DNA from: Spirochaetia bacterium
Lineage (GTDB): Bacteria; Spirochaetota; Spirochaetia; DSM-27196; Salinispiraceae
Direction: 5' to 3'
Length of the DNA stretch: 64,000 nucleotides
Assembly: GCA_038204425.1 (NCBI GenBank)
Contig: JBBRCZ010000002.1
Span: forward strand, 32,001-96,000
Of this stretch, positions 7,759-17,655 are shown piece after piece; the stretch's first letter is position 1; the number at the start of each line of letters is the position of its first letter. A program made the translations under genes and the position numbers. The notes under the pieces were generated by a model. It saw nothing but the letters and a program-made list of their open reading frames with translations. It ran no database searches and had not been told where the DNA came from.

Positions 7759-9855
7759 CTAAACCTTAAATCTTCCAATTAGTTCTTCCATTTCTGAGAT
7801 GGAGTGGGCAGTTTTGTCGGCCATCTGGCGGACTTCCAGCGAGCCAGAATTGATGAGCTCAGTACGGCTCACCAGGGATTCCATGGTTCGATTGATGTCC
7901 TGAGTTGAGGTCTTTAAGCGTAAAATTTCTGTCAGGATAGTCTGATTGCCACTTTGCATTTCGCCGGAGCCTAAGCGTACTTGAGAAGTGATATCGTTCA
8001 TTGATTTTAGGGCTATCAAGATTTGCGAAGAACCTTGTTCTTGTTCGGTCATCGCTTGCCTGACCAAACGCACGAGTTTGTCAGTCTCTTGTATCTGAGA
8101 AGCTACTTTTTCAAAAGCTGATTCTGAGTCTTTGGAAGAAACTACCACTTCACTTATGGCTAGCTGCACACCTGACAACTCGTCGCTGATGGTGCGAGAT
8201 TGCTGCGCTGCTGTTTCTGCTAAACGTCGAATTTCCACAGCTACCACAGCAAATCCCCTGCCCGAATCACCGGCATGGGCTGCTTCTATCGCTGCGTTCA
8301 TGGCAAGGATATTGGTTTGACTTGCAATAGCGGCTATCACTCTGTTGGCTTCCAAAAGTCCAGTTGACCGCTCGGCTATCTGATTGATTTTTTCCATGGC
8401 CAAAGATTGGGTGTCTTTTCCTTCCGCAGCCGAAACAGATAAATTGTTGAACTGTTTGGCCATTTGATCCGTGGAGTTGCCAATTGAGGCAATATTACCC
8501 ACCATTTGTTCAATCGACGCTGAGGCTTCCACGATACTGGCAGATTGGTCGGTGATGAGTTGGTCTAAACTTTCAATGTTTTTGGCTATCTCTTCGACTG
8601 CCGACGATGACTCATTGACGCTTTCTGTTTGGCGGCTGGATTCTTCTTTAACTTTGTTGATACTAACCGTCATATCTTGAATGGTGGAATGAGTGGCCTG
8701 CACGGTGACGTCCAAACCGCTGCCAATGCCACCCAATTGATGTTGAATGTTTTTTAGTCGGCCTACCATTAGTCGAAGCTTAGCTATAAAGGCGTTAAAG
8801 TCCCTCACTAACCCACCAACTTCGTCTTTAGTCTGAATCGCAAGCTCGACTGTCAGGTCAGCATCTCCTTCGGCTAATTGTCGAAATCCAATAGCTGCTT
8901 TTCCAAGCGGTCTTACTATTGATTTTCCTATCGCAATTGATACCGCCATAGTCAAAATTACGCCAAATACCAAAAGCAATAGTAGCAGAAAAACAAGCTC
9001 GCGCGTTGTTTTGTCAACTTCAGACGTTGTCAGATCTATGGCGAGCACCCAACCTGGTGACTGTGGAATCCGGGAATAGTAGGTTGTAATCTCTTGTTTG
9101 TTGCGATCCAAATATGTGCCCGTGCCAGTTTCTTGACGTATCATCTGAGCACCCAAACTATCTAAACCAATGTATCCAAGTTTATCAGCATCAGTTACTA
9201 GCAAGTTCATATTGTGTTGTTTGTTCTGGTGGGCAATTACCAAGCCTTTTTGAGTCACTATCCAACCATAGCCAGTTTCTCCAACGCGGATTCGATCGGT
9301 AATTTCCGAAAGATCAGAAAGTGCCAACTGTGCGCCTATCATTCCAACAGTAGAGCCGGAAAAATCCTTAACTGCCACAGCAATAACCACTATTGGGACT
9401 CCCCGGCTCTTGGAGGTCACTGGCGTGCCAATGTGGCTTTCTGCCTTTTCCTTGACTACCTTTATAAAATAGTCACGGTCAGCAATGTTACCTTTTTTGT
9501 TGTCGGTAGACAGGTAGTTTCCATTTTGGTCGGCAACAAAACAACCTAGCACTTCCGTAGACAATCGACCATAAAGGGATACAATAGCTTGGTGGGCACC
9601 ATCTGGATTGAGGTCAAGATTTCTTACCTCTGGGCGCTCAGCAATCATGCGGGTTTGCCACAGTATCTTATCCAATAGTGTTCCGACCTGTTCAGCTCTT
9701 GCTTGGGTAATCTGAAGATTCTCAGAGCTTGTAAACACTCCAATGTCGGAGCGAATCCGGATCTGCAAGATGATGATTATCGTAATAAGGATTGTAGAAA
9801 CCACAAGGCTAAAGATACCTGCTATGCGAAATGCTAAAGACATAAAAAACTTCAT
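7759..9855 (-). CDS. Methyl-accepting chemotaxis protein (dCache-HAMP-MCP signal)
   Basis: Two TM segments, DRDYF Cache motif, ADLT...KDEVG HAMP, IASQTNILAMNAAIEAAHAGDSGRGFAVVA.EIRRLAE hairpin. Confidence 0.95.
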   Translation of the reverse strand: MKFFMSLAFRIAGIFSLVVSTILITIIIILQIRIRSDIGVFTSSENLQITQARAEQVGTLLDKILWQTRMIAERPEVRNLDLNPDGAHQAIVSLYGRLSTEVLGCFVADQNGNYLSTDNKKGNIADRDYFIKVVKEKAESHIGTPVTSKSRGVPIVVIAVAVKDFSGSTVGMIGAQLALSDLSEITDRIRVGETGYGWIVTQKGLVIAHQNKQHNMNLLVTDADKLGYIGLDSLGAQMIRQETGTGTYLDRNKQEITTYYSRIPQSPGWVLAIDLTTSEVDKTTRELVFLLLLLLVFGVILTMAVSIAIGKSIVRPLGKAAIGFRQLAEGDADLTVELAIQTKDEVGGLVRDFNAFIAKLRLMVGRLKNIQHQLGGIGSGLDVTVQATHSTIQDMTVSINKVKEESSRQTESVNESSSAVEEIAKNIESLDQLITDQSASIVEASASIEQMVGNIASIGNSTDQMAKQFNNLSVSAAEGKDTQSLAMEKINQIAERSTGLLEANRVIAAIASQTNILAMNAAIEAAHAGDSGRGFAVVAVEIRRLAETAAQQSRTISDELSGVQLAISEVVVSSKDSESAFEKVASQIQETDKLVRLVRQAMTEQEQGSSQILIALKSMNDITSQVRLGSGEMQSGNQTILTEILRLKTSTQDINRTMESLVSRTELINSGSLEVRQMADKTAHSISEMEELIGRFKV

Positions 9856-9944
9856 TGCTACGCTCCAAGTCAAAGTAACGCTAGACTCAACTATAATCTG
9901 TGCTGACCTGATTTGTATAACAATCCGCTTATCACTTCAACGGC

Positions 9945-12122
9945 CTAGACTAGTTGACCTATCTTTTTGAGTAACACTGAGCCGTCCACCGGACGACCTG
10001 TCAAATATCCTTGCACACAATCACAGCCCATTTTTTGCAGCATGGTAAGTTGGCTGGAGTTTTCGACACCTTCGGCAATTACCTCGAGGCCAATATGGTG
10101 CGCCAGTTCCACCAAACTTTGAGCAATGTTAAAGGCTTTGGGGTCGACTTCCAAATCATCGATAAAGGCTTTGTCGAGTTTTAAAACGTTGATTGGCAAA
10201 TCTTTGATGGTAGTTAACGATGAAAATCCAGTGCCAAAGTCGTCAAGACTAATCTTGATCCCCATCGCCATGATACGGTTTAAAGACGGTCGGAGCTGGT
10301 CAATACCGTGAATTATGACACTCTCGGTAAACTCAAGGCCTAGGCGTTCTGGTGAAAGTCCTGCCTCATTGACCATCGCAATAACTCGTTCGAGAAAGTC
10401 TTGATCCAGTAGTTGAACGGGAGAAACGTTGATAGAAACCGTGGCGTCTATACCACGCTTCTGCAATTCCAGAGCAAAATTGATGCCTTGTGACAATACC
10501 CACTTGCCCAAAGAAACAATAAATCCGCTTTCTTCCGTCAAAGGAATAAACTCTGCAGGACCAACCCATCCCAAATCCGCGCTTTTCCAGCGCAAGAGAG
10601 CCTCATATCCGCGGATACTTCCATCTAGGGCTGAGACTTGAGCTTGGTAGTAGATTTGAAATTCGTTCTGCTTCCATCCTTGAAGAATCTTGCTTTGCAC
10701 TAAGGTCCGGCGAGCTTGTGAGGCAACAATTGAATCAGTGAGTTCTGCCCATTGATTGGGGCCCTTGTCGCGCGCCAGCAATAGAGCCGCTTGGCTTCGT
10801 TTTAAAACTTCATCCGGCGTTGTTCCGGCTTCACTGAGCCTGCAAGCGCCAATTTGCACAGCAATATGGACCTGTAAGTCGTCCTCACCTAGGGGGGGCT
10901 CAAATAGCAAAATTAGTTGTTTGTTAAAACTTTGCGCATAATTTCGTTCGGGCACCAATAAAAGAAACTCGGTACCTGTGATGCGACCAAGAAAAAGCTT
11001 ATCAATGGGCCCGGTTAGTTCAGAGAGTCTCTTGGCTGTTTGCCGGAGCACTTTGTCGGCAAAGTGTATTCCATAAGTCGCACTCAAGAGTGAAAAGCTA
11101 CGAATCTCAACAAGTACTATCCATAAAGGTAACTTGTCTTTGATGGCCAATGATATTTTGTCGATTGCTTTGTTTCTATTGGGGAGACTAGTAACGGGGT
11201 CTAGAAAAGCGAGTTCTTTTATCCGTTTATGAGCCAACTGAAGTGCCCTCAAATTTTTGACTTGATCAAGGAAGTATTGTTGACGGTGTTTAAGTGCGCG
11301 CAAAAAAGCCCAAGTTACCAGGCCAGAAATAGTTAAGGACAGTATCCAAAGAGAAAGCATGGCGCCGTCCAACGGCTTCATAAAATTACCTTGCTTCACC
11401 TGCACAGTCAACGTAGCGGGTATAGTCTTGAGGCCCCTAGACGCGAATAGTTTCTGCTGGCCGGGGTTGTCTTGGGGCTTCTCAAACGCCATAATGGTTG
11501 CCCCATCGTTCGCCATTATTTGAAAGATGGCCCCCGAGAGACCAACGACTGGCTCTAAAATCCTTTCGAACGAACTGAGATCTATTGCCGCGCTAAGGAC
11601 GCTAGTTTGGCTCTTGTCTGGATGCATAGATTGAGCAATAACCATCACGTTGGCACCGTCGATCCGGCTTACAAGTGGACCTTCAGTACCTTTTCCTGTT
11701 TCGATAGCTTCCTTAAAGTATTTTCTATCGCCTGCATAAAAAGTACCGCCGTCACTAGAAACACCTCGCCCTTGTGCATCAATTAGCGAGAATCGCCGGG
11801 GGATTACACTGTCAAGCGAACCTTCCACCAGCCATTGCGGCAGGTCAGCAAACGTTCCTCGCCTTACCGATGGCACTCTTGAATAGAGATCCATTAGGCG
11901 ATACTGACTGTGTAGGTATCCGTCTAGAAGCATTTGACCTTGGTCGGCGATGTTAGACACAAGTTCTGTATAGGTCTTTTGGACAGAATCAAAGACAACT
12001 CTATTAATGTAAATACCACCAGCCAACATGACCGCCAAAATCAAACCAACCGCCAAGAGAAAGCCAGGACCGCTACCGAGCCTTGGACTTGAAAGAAACT
12101 GTCTGTGGTGCTTTTGGTTCAT
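9945..12122 (-). CDS. Membrane Cache-GGDEF(degenerate)-EAL protein, probable c-di-GMP phosphodiesterase
   Basis: DPVTSLPNR; GGDEF replaced by TGTEF; intact YEALLRW, DDFGTGFSS, KLDK, AEGVE, QGY. Confidence 0.9.
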   Translation of the reverse strand: MNQKHHRQFLSSPRLGSGPGFLLAVGLILAVMLAGGIYINRVVFDSVQKTYTELVSNIADQGQMLLDGYLHSQYRLMDLYSRVPSVRRGTFADLPQWLVEGSLDSVIPRRFSLIDAQGRGVSSDGGTFYAGDRKYFKEAIETGKGTEGPLVSRIDGANVMVIAQSMHPDKSQTSVLSAAIDLSSFERILEPVVGLSGAIFQIMANDGATIMAFEKPQDNPGQQKLFASRGLKTIPATLTVQVKQGNFMKPLDGAMLSLWILSLTISGLVTWAFLRALKHRQQYFLDQVKNLRALQLAHKRIKELAFLDPVTSLPNRNKAIDKISLAIKDKLPLWIVLVEIRSFSLLSATYGIHFADKVLRQTAKRLSELTGPIDKLFLGRITGTEFLLLVPERNYAQSFNKQLILLFEPPLGEDDLQVHIAVQIGACRLSEAGTTPDEVLKRSQAALLLARDKGPNQWAELTDSIVASQARRTLVQSKILQGWKQNEFQIYYQAQVSALDGSIRGYEALLRWKSADLGWVGPAEFIPLTEESGFIVSLGKWVLSQGINFALELQKRGIDATVSINVSPVQLLDQDFLERVIAMVNEAGLSPERLGLEFTESVIIHGIDQLRPSLNRIMAMGIKISLDDFGTGFSSLTTIKDLPINVLKLDKAFIDDLEVDPKAFNIAQSLVELAHHIGLEVIAEGVENSSQLTMLQKMGCDCVQGYLTGRPVDGSVLLKKIGQLV

Positions 12123-12335
12123 GATCTCTTCCCCTATCAGACGAATCCGGTACTGCGACAGCTTTTGCTGCTCTAAACTAAAAGAAGAACATTAATGTTT
12201 TGTGTGACCTTTATGGTGACCATATTTATTCTCGTAGTTTCTGAACAATAATGCCATGCTTTTCTGCCACAAGTGAACTGAGTTGGCTTAGACTTATCTG
12301 TATATCGCACGGCAGTTTCTTGGGGAGGTTGAGCT

Positions 12336-13640
12336 ATGAAAGCATGGGTTGTAGCAGCAGAAATGGGTCTTGGGCACATGCGCGGCATTTGGCCGTTGTC
12401 GTATTTGTCGCCAGAAGGAGTCTTTGTTGCTGGAAGTACCCAAGAGTCGACAGAGCACGAAAAAAAGCTGTGGGACAGGCTTCGCAATGGCTATGAGTGG
12501 ATATCTCGCTTTAAAAAAGTGCCCTTGATTGGCGAGGCGATGTTTAGAATTTTTGACCGCCTGCAAGCCATTGAACCTCGTTATCCCTTTAGAGACCAGT
12601 CGCGCCCCAATATCCAGGTTAAACTCATCAGAAAATTTGTAGACATGGGTCTTTGTGATCGTTTGATGGAGAAGATAAAGACCGAGCCGCGGCCGTATAT
12701 CACCAGCTTTTACGCTACAGCAATTGCCGCCGACGTGGCGGGCTACGGAAAAATTTACTGCGTCATTTGTGACGCCGACATTGGCAGGGGCTGGGTAGCC
12801 AAAGATCCACGCACTAGTCGGATCGAATATTTGGCACCGTGCGGCAATGTGGTCAGACGACTCAGAGCCTATGGTGTGCCTGATGAGCGCATTTTTTTGA
12901 CGGGCTTCCCAATGCCGCGCCAACTCACCGGTGGCCCGGATCTTGCCCAGCTGCGATCAGACATTGGACAACGCTTGCACTACCTCGACCCAAGTGGCCG
13001 CTTTATGCAGCTTAATGGAACCAGCGTGCAACACTTTATGGGAAGTGACTGCTGCGCCTTTAGAGAAGACAGAGTGCTAACCATCGCTTTTTGCGTCGGT
13101 GGTGCCGGTGCGCAGAAAGAAATTGGCGCGGCCATCATGAAGAGTCTGGCCAGTCAGTTAAGAGAAGGTTTAGTCAAACTCAACTTAGTATGCGGTGTTA
13201 GACCAGAAGTTAAGGCATGGTTCCAAGCTCAGATTGACCTAATCCTGCCCGGCTGCCCACACGTGCGTACCGTCGGAGGCAATGGTTACCGCGACTACTT
13301 TGAAACCTTTAATGAGTCATTAAAAACCACTGACATATTGTGGACCAAACCATCCGAACTTTCCTTCTATTGCGGCCTAGGCATAGCAATGATTTTGGCT
13401 CCCGACGTAGGCGCTCAAGAGACCATGAACCGCGCCTGGCTGACCGACATTCAAGGGGCAGTGGCTCAAGAAGATCCAGCTTATACGCACGAGTGGCTAG
13501 CTGACATGCTTAGATCTGGCAGACTGGCAGAGGCAGCTTGGAATGGCTTTCTCAAAGCACGCTGTTGTGGCACATTTAAAATTCAAGAACTATTAGAAAC
13601 CGGCACCATGCAGCGCCAAAGTGATCCACTCTTACGCTAG
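12336..13640 (+). CDS. GT-B glycosyltransferase-like protein (MGDG synthase/MurG-like)
   Basis: MGLGHMR, ITSF, VICDAD, LTGFP, VGGAG, ILWTKPSEL, GAQETMN. Confidence 0.7.
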   Translation: MKAWVVAAEMGLGHMRGIWPLSYLSPEGVFVAGSTQESTEHEKKLWDRLRNGYEWISRFKKVPLIGEAMFRIFDRLQAIEPRYPFRDQSRPNIQVKLIRKFVDMGLCDRLMEKIKTEPRPYITSFYATAIAADVAGYGKIYCVICDADIGRGWVAKDPRTSRIEYLAPCGNVVRRLRAYGVPDERIFLTGFPMPRQLTGGPDLAQLRSDIGQRLHYLDPSGRFMQLNGTSVQHFMGSDCCAFREDRVLTIAFCVGGAGAQKEIGAAIMKSLASQLREGLVKLNLVCGVRPEVKAWFQAQIDLILPGCPHVRTVGGNGYRDYFETFNESLKTTDILWTKPSELSFYCGLGIAMILAPDVGAQETMNRAWLTDIQGAVAQEDPAYTHEWLADMLRSGRLAEAAWNGFLKARCCGTFKIQELLETGTMQRQSDPLLR

Positions 13641-13646
13641 GGTAAT

Positions 13647-14373
13647 GCTGGACTGAGAAGGAAAAGGCTCATCTCAATTGGACGTACCAAGGTCGCTTTG
13701 GTATTACGAGTTTCGCAGAGGCAAGTCTCAAGGTCGGCAAACTCTATCAGTTCTACAATTACGGATACACGGGTGGCTCTGGACTATTTGTAATTTCAGC
13801 GCTTGATGGAACCTTGTTAGAAGACATAAAGACCCCCCGTTCTCTGGCCGCAATAACCGAAATCAATGAATCACCAGAAAACTTCTACGGCATCGATTGG
13901 GATTTTGTCTACCCAAATCGCGGGGTTCATAGCGGCCGCATAATGCTGCATCGTATTAATCTGGCAAGCAAACAGTCCTATTATTATCTCCTGGCCCAGT
14001 TACGGCTACACTGACAATATCGGTGGTGAGGTTTCTGGTGGTTTGTTTATTATCCGAGACATGGATAGTTATCCACTGCAAAATGGCGTGAAACCAACGG
14101 TGGAGTTCTTTTGGAAGAGCAACTATCTCTCCTACAGCAATATGGTCCGCAACCAAGGACAGGACAGCAGACAATGACAACGACTACACTAATCTAGGCA
14201 AATTTCACAGAATTAGTGCCATTGACACCCATGGTGATAACGAGGGAGCTTTATTTGACGGCGATGTAATCTACGGTGCCCCCACTGGCATGGAGGGCAA
14301 GTCCATCAGAGATGGCAACAATATGATAGTTGTATCGCTCGATGCTATTTTTTCGGTGGACTTGAATAAATGA
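13647..14373 (+). pseudogene. 5'-truncated, twice frameshifted remnant of an unknown, probably extracellular protein
   Basis: Three consecutive protein-like frames with no start codon: CWTEKEKAHLNW...LHRINLASKQ / PIIISWPSYGYTDNIGGE...NMVRNQG / ADNDNDYTNLGKF...DAIFSVDLNK*. Confidence 0.6.
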
Positions 14374-14439
14374 AACTATGCTTGCGCAAGGTGCCGAGTT
14401 CTATGCACAACTACTGAGCCTTTTGGAAAGGCTTGCACC

Positions 14440-14468
14440 GCTCACTGGCAAGTTGCCAGCGCTTTTTT
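14440..14468 (+). terminator. Terminator-like hairpin upstream of the ABC promoter
   Basis: CTGGCAA-G-TTGCCAG stem followed by GCTTTTTT; a TGGACA-17-TACCAT promoter lies downstream. Confidence 0.45.
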
Positions 14469-14559
14469 GCGACAGAGCCACCTAGGCAGTGGACAGATTC
14501 TTGGTCAGACGCTACCATATTCTCCAGCGCTTGCGCTGCGTTTAGAAAGGTAGGAATTT

Positions 14560-15549
14560 ATGCATAGAGCAAAGGTTTTGTTGGTTAGTGTAATTTTGCT
14601 TGCAATGGTCGCCCTTGTGGCTTCGTGCGGTCAAGCTGGTGGCATTGGTATTGCCAAATTTGTGTCCCACCCAGCCCTTGATGCGGTAGAAAAAGGTATC
14701 ATCGACGAGCTAATGGAAAGCGGTGTTACGCTCAAGTTTGACTTGCAGGATGCCAATGCCGACTCCAACGCTGCGGCAACGATAGCAAGTAAGTTTAAAA
14801 ACGACAATGTTGCCATAGCCATCGGTATTGCGACACCTACGGCCCAGTCTTTGGTTCAAACTCTTAAAACCACTCCCATAGTTTTTTCTGCGGTTACTGA
14901 CCCGGTTGCAGCCGGACTAGTGACTAACCTTATAAAGGGTGGCGAGAACGTCACCGGAATTTCTGACTTAACCCCTGTCAAAGAACAGATTCAACTTCTG
15001 ATAGACCTAGTGCCTTCGGTAAAACGGCTTGGCATGGTCTATACCGGTAGTGAAGCAAACGCCGTTATTTTGATGGAACTTGCCAAAAAAGCAGCGGCCG
15101 ACCTTGGACTTGAGTTTGTCCCGGTTGCAATTTCCACCAGCGCTGAGGTAAAGAGTGCCGGTGAGTCAATCCTTGGCAGAGTTGATGCATTTTATGTCAG
15201 CACCGACAATACCGTGGTTTCGGCGCTACCTGCTCTGGCTGAAGTCGCACGCTTAGCAAAAAAACCAGTAATTAGCGCCGACCCAAGTTCGTCCAAAGAT
15301 ATTGAAGTGCTGGCATCATGGGGATTTAACTATTACAAAATGGGGCGAGCGACTGGCCGGCTGGTGCTGCAAATATTGCAAGGTGCTAAGCCCGGAGACA
15401 TTCCAACCAGCTATATGACCAATGTAAACGACGTTGAGCTCTTGATAAATCTCGACTCGGCAGACAATCTTGGCATTACCGTGCCGCCGGCCTTGCTTGA
15501 CGCGGCAACTTTCGTCATAAAGAATGGCAAAGCAATAGAAAAAAAATAG
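14560..15549 (+). CDS. ABC transporter substrate-binding lipoprotein (ABC_sub_bind, TrpX-like)
   Basis: Lipobox VASC; SHPALD, IATPTAQ, FSAVTDPVAAGLV, NVTGISD, TDNTV. Confidence 0.9.
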   Translation: MHRAKVLLVSVILLAMVALVASCGQAGGIGIAKFVSHPALDAVEKGIIDELMESGVTLKFDLQDANADSNAAATIASKFKNDNVAIAIGIATPTAQSLVQTLKTTPIVFSAVTDPVAAGLVTNLIKGGENVTGISDLTPVKEQIQLLIDLVPSVKRLGMVYTGSEANAVILMELAKKAAADLGLEFVPVAISTSAEVKSAGESILGRVDAFYVSTDNTVVSALPALAEVARLAKKPVISADPSSSKDIEVLASWGFNYYKMGRATGRLVLQILQGAKPGDIPTSYMTNVNDVELLINLDSADNLGITVPPALLDAATFVIKNGKAIEKK

Positions 15550-15571
15550 ATAAAATTGGCGGCGCTTTAGC

Positions 15572-16501
15572 ATGATAGAAGGAATTCTTGTAGAAGGTTT
15601 GTTGTACGGCATTATGGTTTTGGGAGTCTTCATCACCTTTAGGGTCTTGGATTTTCCGGATTTGACGGTTGATGGAAGCTTTCCGCTGGGCGCGGTTATC
15701 TTTGCCGCCTTGGTTAGCTCAGGTGTCGCCCCGATTTTGGCCATTGTAGTGGCCTTTGTGGGGGGTATTTTGGCGGGCTTTGTGACAGCAGCTATCCATA
15801 ATTACCTAAAAGTACCAAACCTTTTGGCAGGAATTCTAACCATGACCATGTTGGGTTCCATAAATAACCGAATATTGGGCAACAAGGCCAACGTCAGTCT
15901 CATCAGACAGCCCAGCTTGCTCAAAGATGTCAGCGCCTGGTTTGAATCAGTGGGTATCACCCAAGACTTGGCGTACTTGGTATTCTTTGTGCTGGCCGTC
16001 TTTGCAATCAAAATCGCCTTGGACGTGTTTTTTAGGACCGACCTTGGCTTAACGCTCGGTGCCATGGGTAACAATGTACAAATGGTGGTCTCCACCGGTG
16101 TTAATCCAGCCACTCTAAAGTTTGTCGGGCTGGGACTTTCAAACGGTCTGGTGGCCATTGCCGGCGCCTTGGCCGCACAGTATCAAGGCTTTGCCGATGT
16201 CAACTTGGGGCAGGGCATCATCATTGCCGGTCTAGCTTCGGTGATGATAGGCGAGTTTGTACTCAAATCCAACAAGATTTTTCTGCTCACTTTGCGCGTG
16301 CTGGTGGGGTCGATCTTGTTTAGAGCCCTAATGTATCTCGCACGGCTAATAGGCTTTGACATTGGACTTTTACCTACTGACCAAAAGCTAATAACTGGCA
16401 TAACCATCATAATCTTGCTTTTGGTTACCACCGTCAAAAACGAAAAAAGCAAGACCAAGGCGGCCTTGGCTGCCGTCTCTAAGGTGCCCAACGATGCTTA
16501 A
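15572..16501 (+). CDS. ABC transporter permease
   Basis: FRVLDFPDLTVDGSFPLG, LLAGILTM, GLGLSNGLVA, QYQGFADV. Confidence 0.92.
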   Translation: MIEGILVEGLLYGIMVLGVFITFRVLDFPDLTVDGSFPLGAVIFAALVSSGVAPILAIVVAFVGGILAGFVTAAIHNYLKVPNLLAGILTMTMLGSINNRILGNKANVSLIRQPSLLKDVSAWFESVGITQDLAYLVFFVLAVFAIKIALDVFFRTDLGLTLGAMGNNVQMVVSTGVNPATLKFVGLGLSNGLVAIAGALAAQYQGFADVNLGQGIIIAGLASVMIGEFVLKSNKIFLLTLRVLVGSILFRALMYLARLIGFDIGLLPTDQKLITGITIIILLLVTTVKNEKSKTKAALAAVSKVPNDA

Positions 16502-17288
16502 ACTCGAAGGACTTAGCAAGGTTTTTTATCCAGGCACTGTTAACGAAAACATCGCCATTAACACGATCAATCTCAAGGTTGGTTCCGGCGATTTTATAAC
16601 CGTAATCGGTAGTAACGGAGCAGGTAAGTCTACCTTGTTCAATTTGATTTCTGGCACCTTGAGCGCCTCCACTGGCAAGATTCAACTGGCAGGCCAGGAT
16701 GTCACACGCCAAGCCGAGTTTCGCAGGGCACGCCAAATCGGCCGTATTTTTCAAAGTCCTTTGCTTGGAACAGCTGGCAACATGGCTTTAGAAGATAACA
16801 TGGTCATTAGTCTCAAAAAAGGTTTTAAGAGCTTGCGTATCAGTCTCAATGAAAAGCGGCGCGCCGAGTTTAGAACTCAACTGGAAGCTTTGGGTATGGG
16901 GCTTGAGCATCGCCTCAAAGACAATGTGGGCCTATTTTCTGGCGGACAACGCCAAGCTCTGACTCTGCTCATGATGGTGCTATCTAAACCCGACTTGGTT
17001 TTGCTTGACGAGCATACGGCCGCGCTTGACCCTAAAAATGCCCAGCTCGTTATGGACCTAACCCGGACTTACATCGAGCGCTACCAACTAACCACCATTA
17101 TGATTACCCACAACATGAACCATGCTATCGCCTATGGCAATCGGCTATTGATGATGGACAAAGGCCAAATTATCTATGACGTCGATGGACAAGAGAAGCT
17201 TGACCTGAGCGTAGAGAAACTTGTAGAAAAGTTCCATGCGATTAGAAACAAGGCGCTTGAGAACGACGAAATGCTTTTGTCGGACTAA
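16494..17288 (+). CDS. ABC transporter ATP-binding protein
   Basis: GSNGAGKS, FSGGQRQ, LLDEHTAALDP. Confidence 0.95.
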   Translation: MLKLEGLSKVFYPGTVNENIAINTINLKVGSGDFITVIGSNGAGKSTLFNLISGTLSASTGKIQLAGQDVTRQAEFRRARQIGRIFQSPLLGTAGNMALEDNMVISLKKGFKSLRISLNEKRRAEFRTQLEALGMGLEHRLKDNVGLFSGGQRQALTLLMMVLSKPDLVLLDEHTAALDPKNAQLVMDLTRTYIERYQLTTIMITHNMNHAIAYGNRLLMMDKGQIIYDVDGQEKLDLSVEKLVEKFHAIRNKALENDEMLLSD

Positions 17289-17452
17289 TTGTGCCTATAA
17301 CTAACGATGCGCGTGGCGCACATAACTTGGAGTCTCTCAGTGTCTGACAAAAAAGGCCAAATTGGGAATTTAACCAACCAGGTGATGAGTTTTTGATCCA
17401 CAGTTTGGCTACGCCGCGAGAGTGGAAGAATGAGCTTCATTCTGGCTACCAA

Positions 17453-17487
17453 GCGGAACCTGTCAAAATAGCTTTCGCTAGAAGGAG
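17453..17487 (+). repeat. Solo IS3-like terminal inverted repeat
   Basis: GCGGAACCTGTCAAAATAGCTTTCGCTAGAAGGAG matches the ends of the IS relics at 19188-19556 and 23087-23306. Confidence 0.65.
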
Positions 17488-17655
17488 ACCATGCTGGTGA
17501 CCACTGGACAATACCCGCTCTTGCTACTTGTATGCGCCTGATTTCGGCGTTATAGGAAAATTGTCCATGACATGGCGCCTTTCGTTCATTCGTTGCCACG
17601 CTTTCATCCGGTAACTTACTATCAACGGTCAGTACCGGACCGAAAGGAGATTCTT

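Noticed and set aside
12294..12923. 209-aa antisense ORF and the many other short overlapping ORFs
   Set aside because: Shadow frames of well-supported genes, with no motifs or RBS.
14374..14559. T-box or riboswitch before the TrpX-like ABC operon
   Set aside because: No T-box consensus (GGTGGNACCGCG). The terminator-like hairpin lies upstream of a plausible promoter, so it is not an attenuator.
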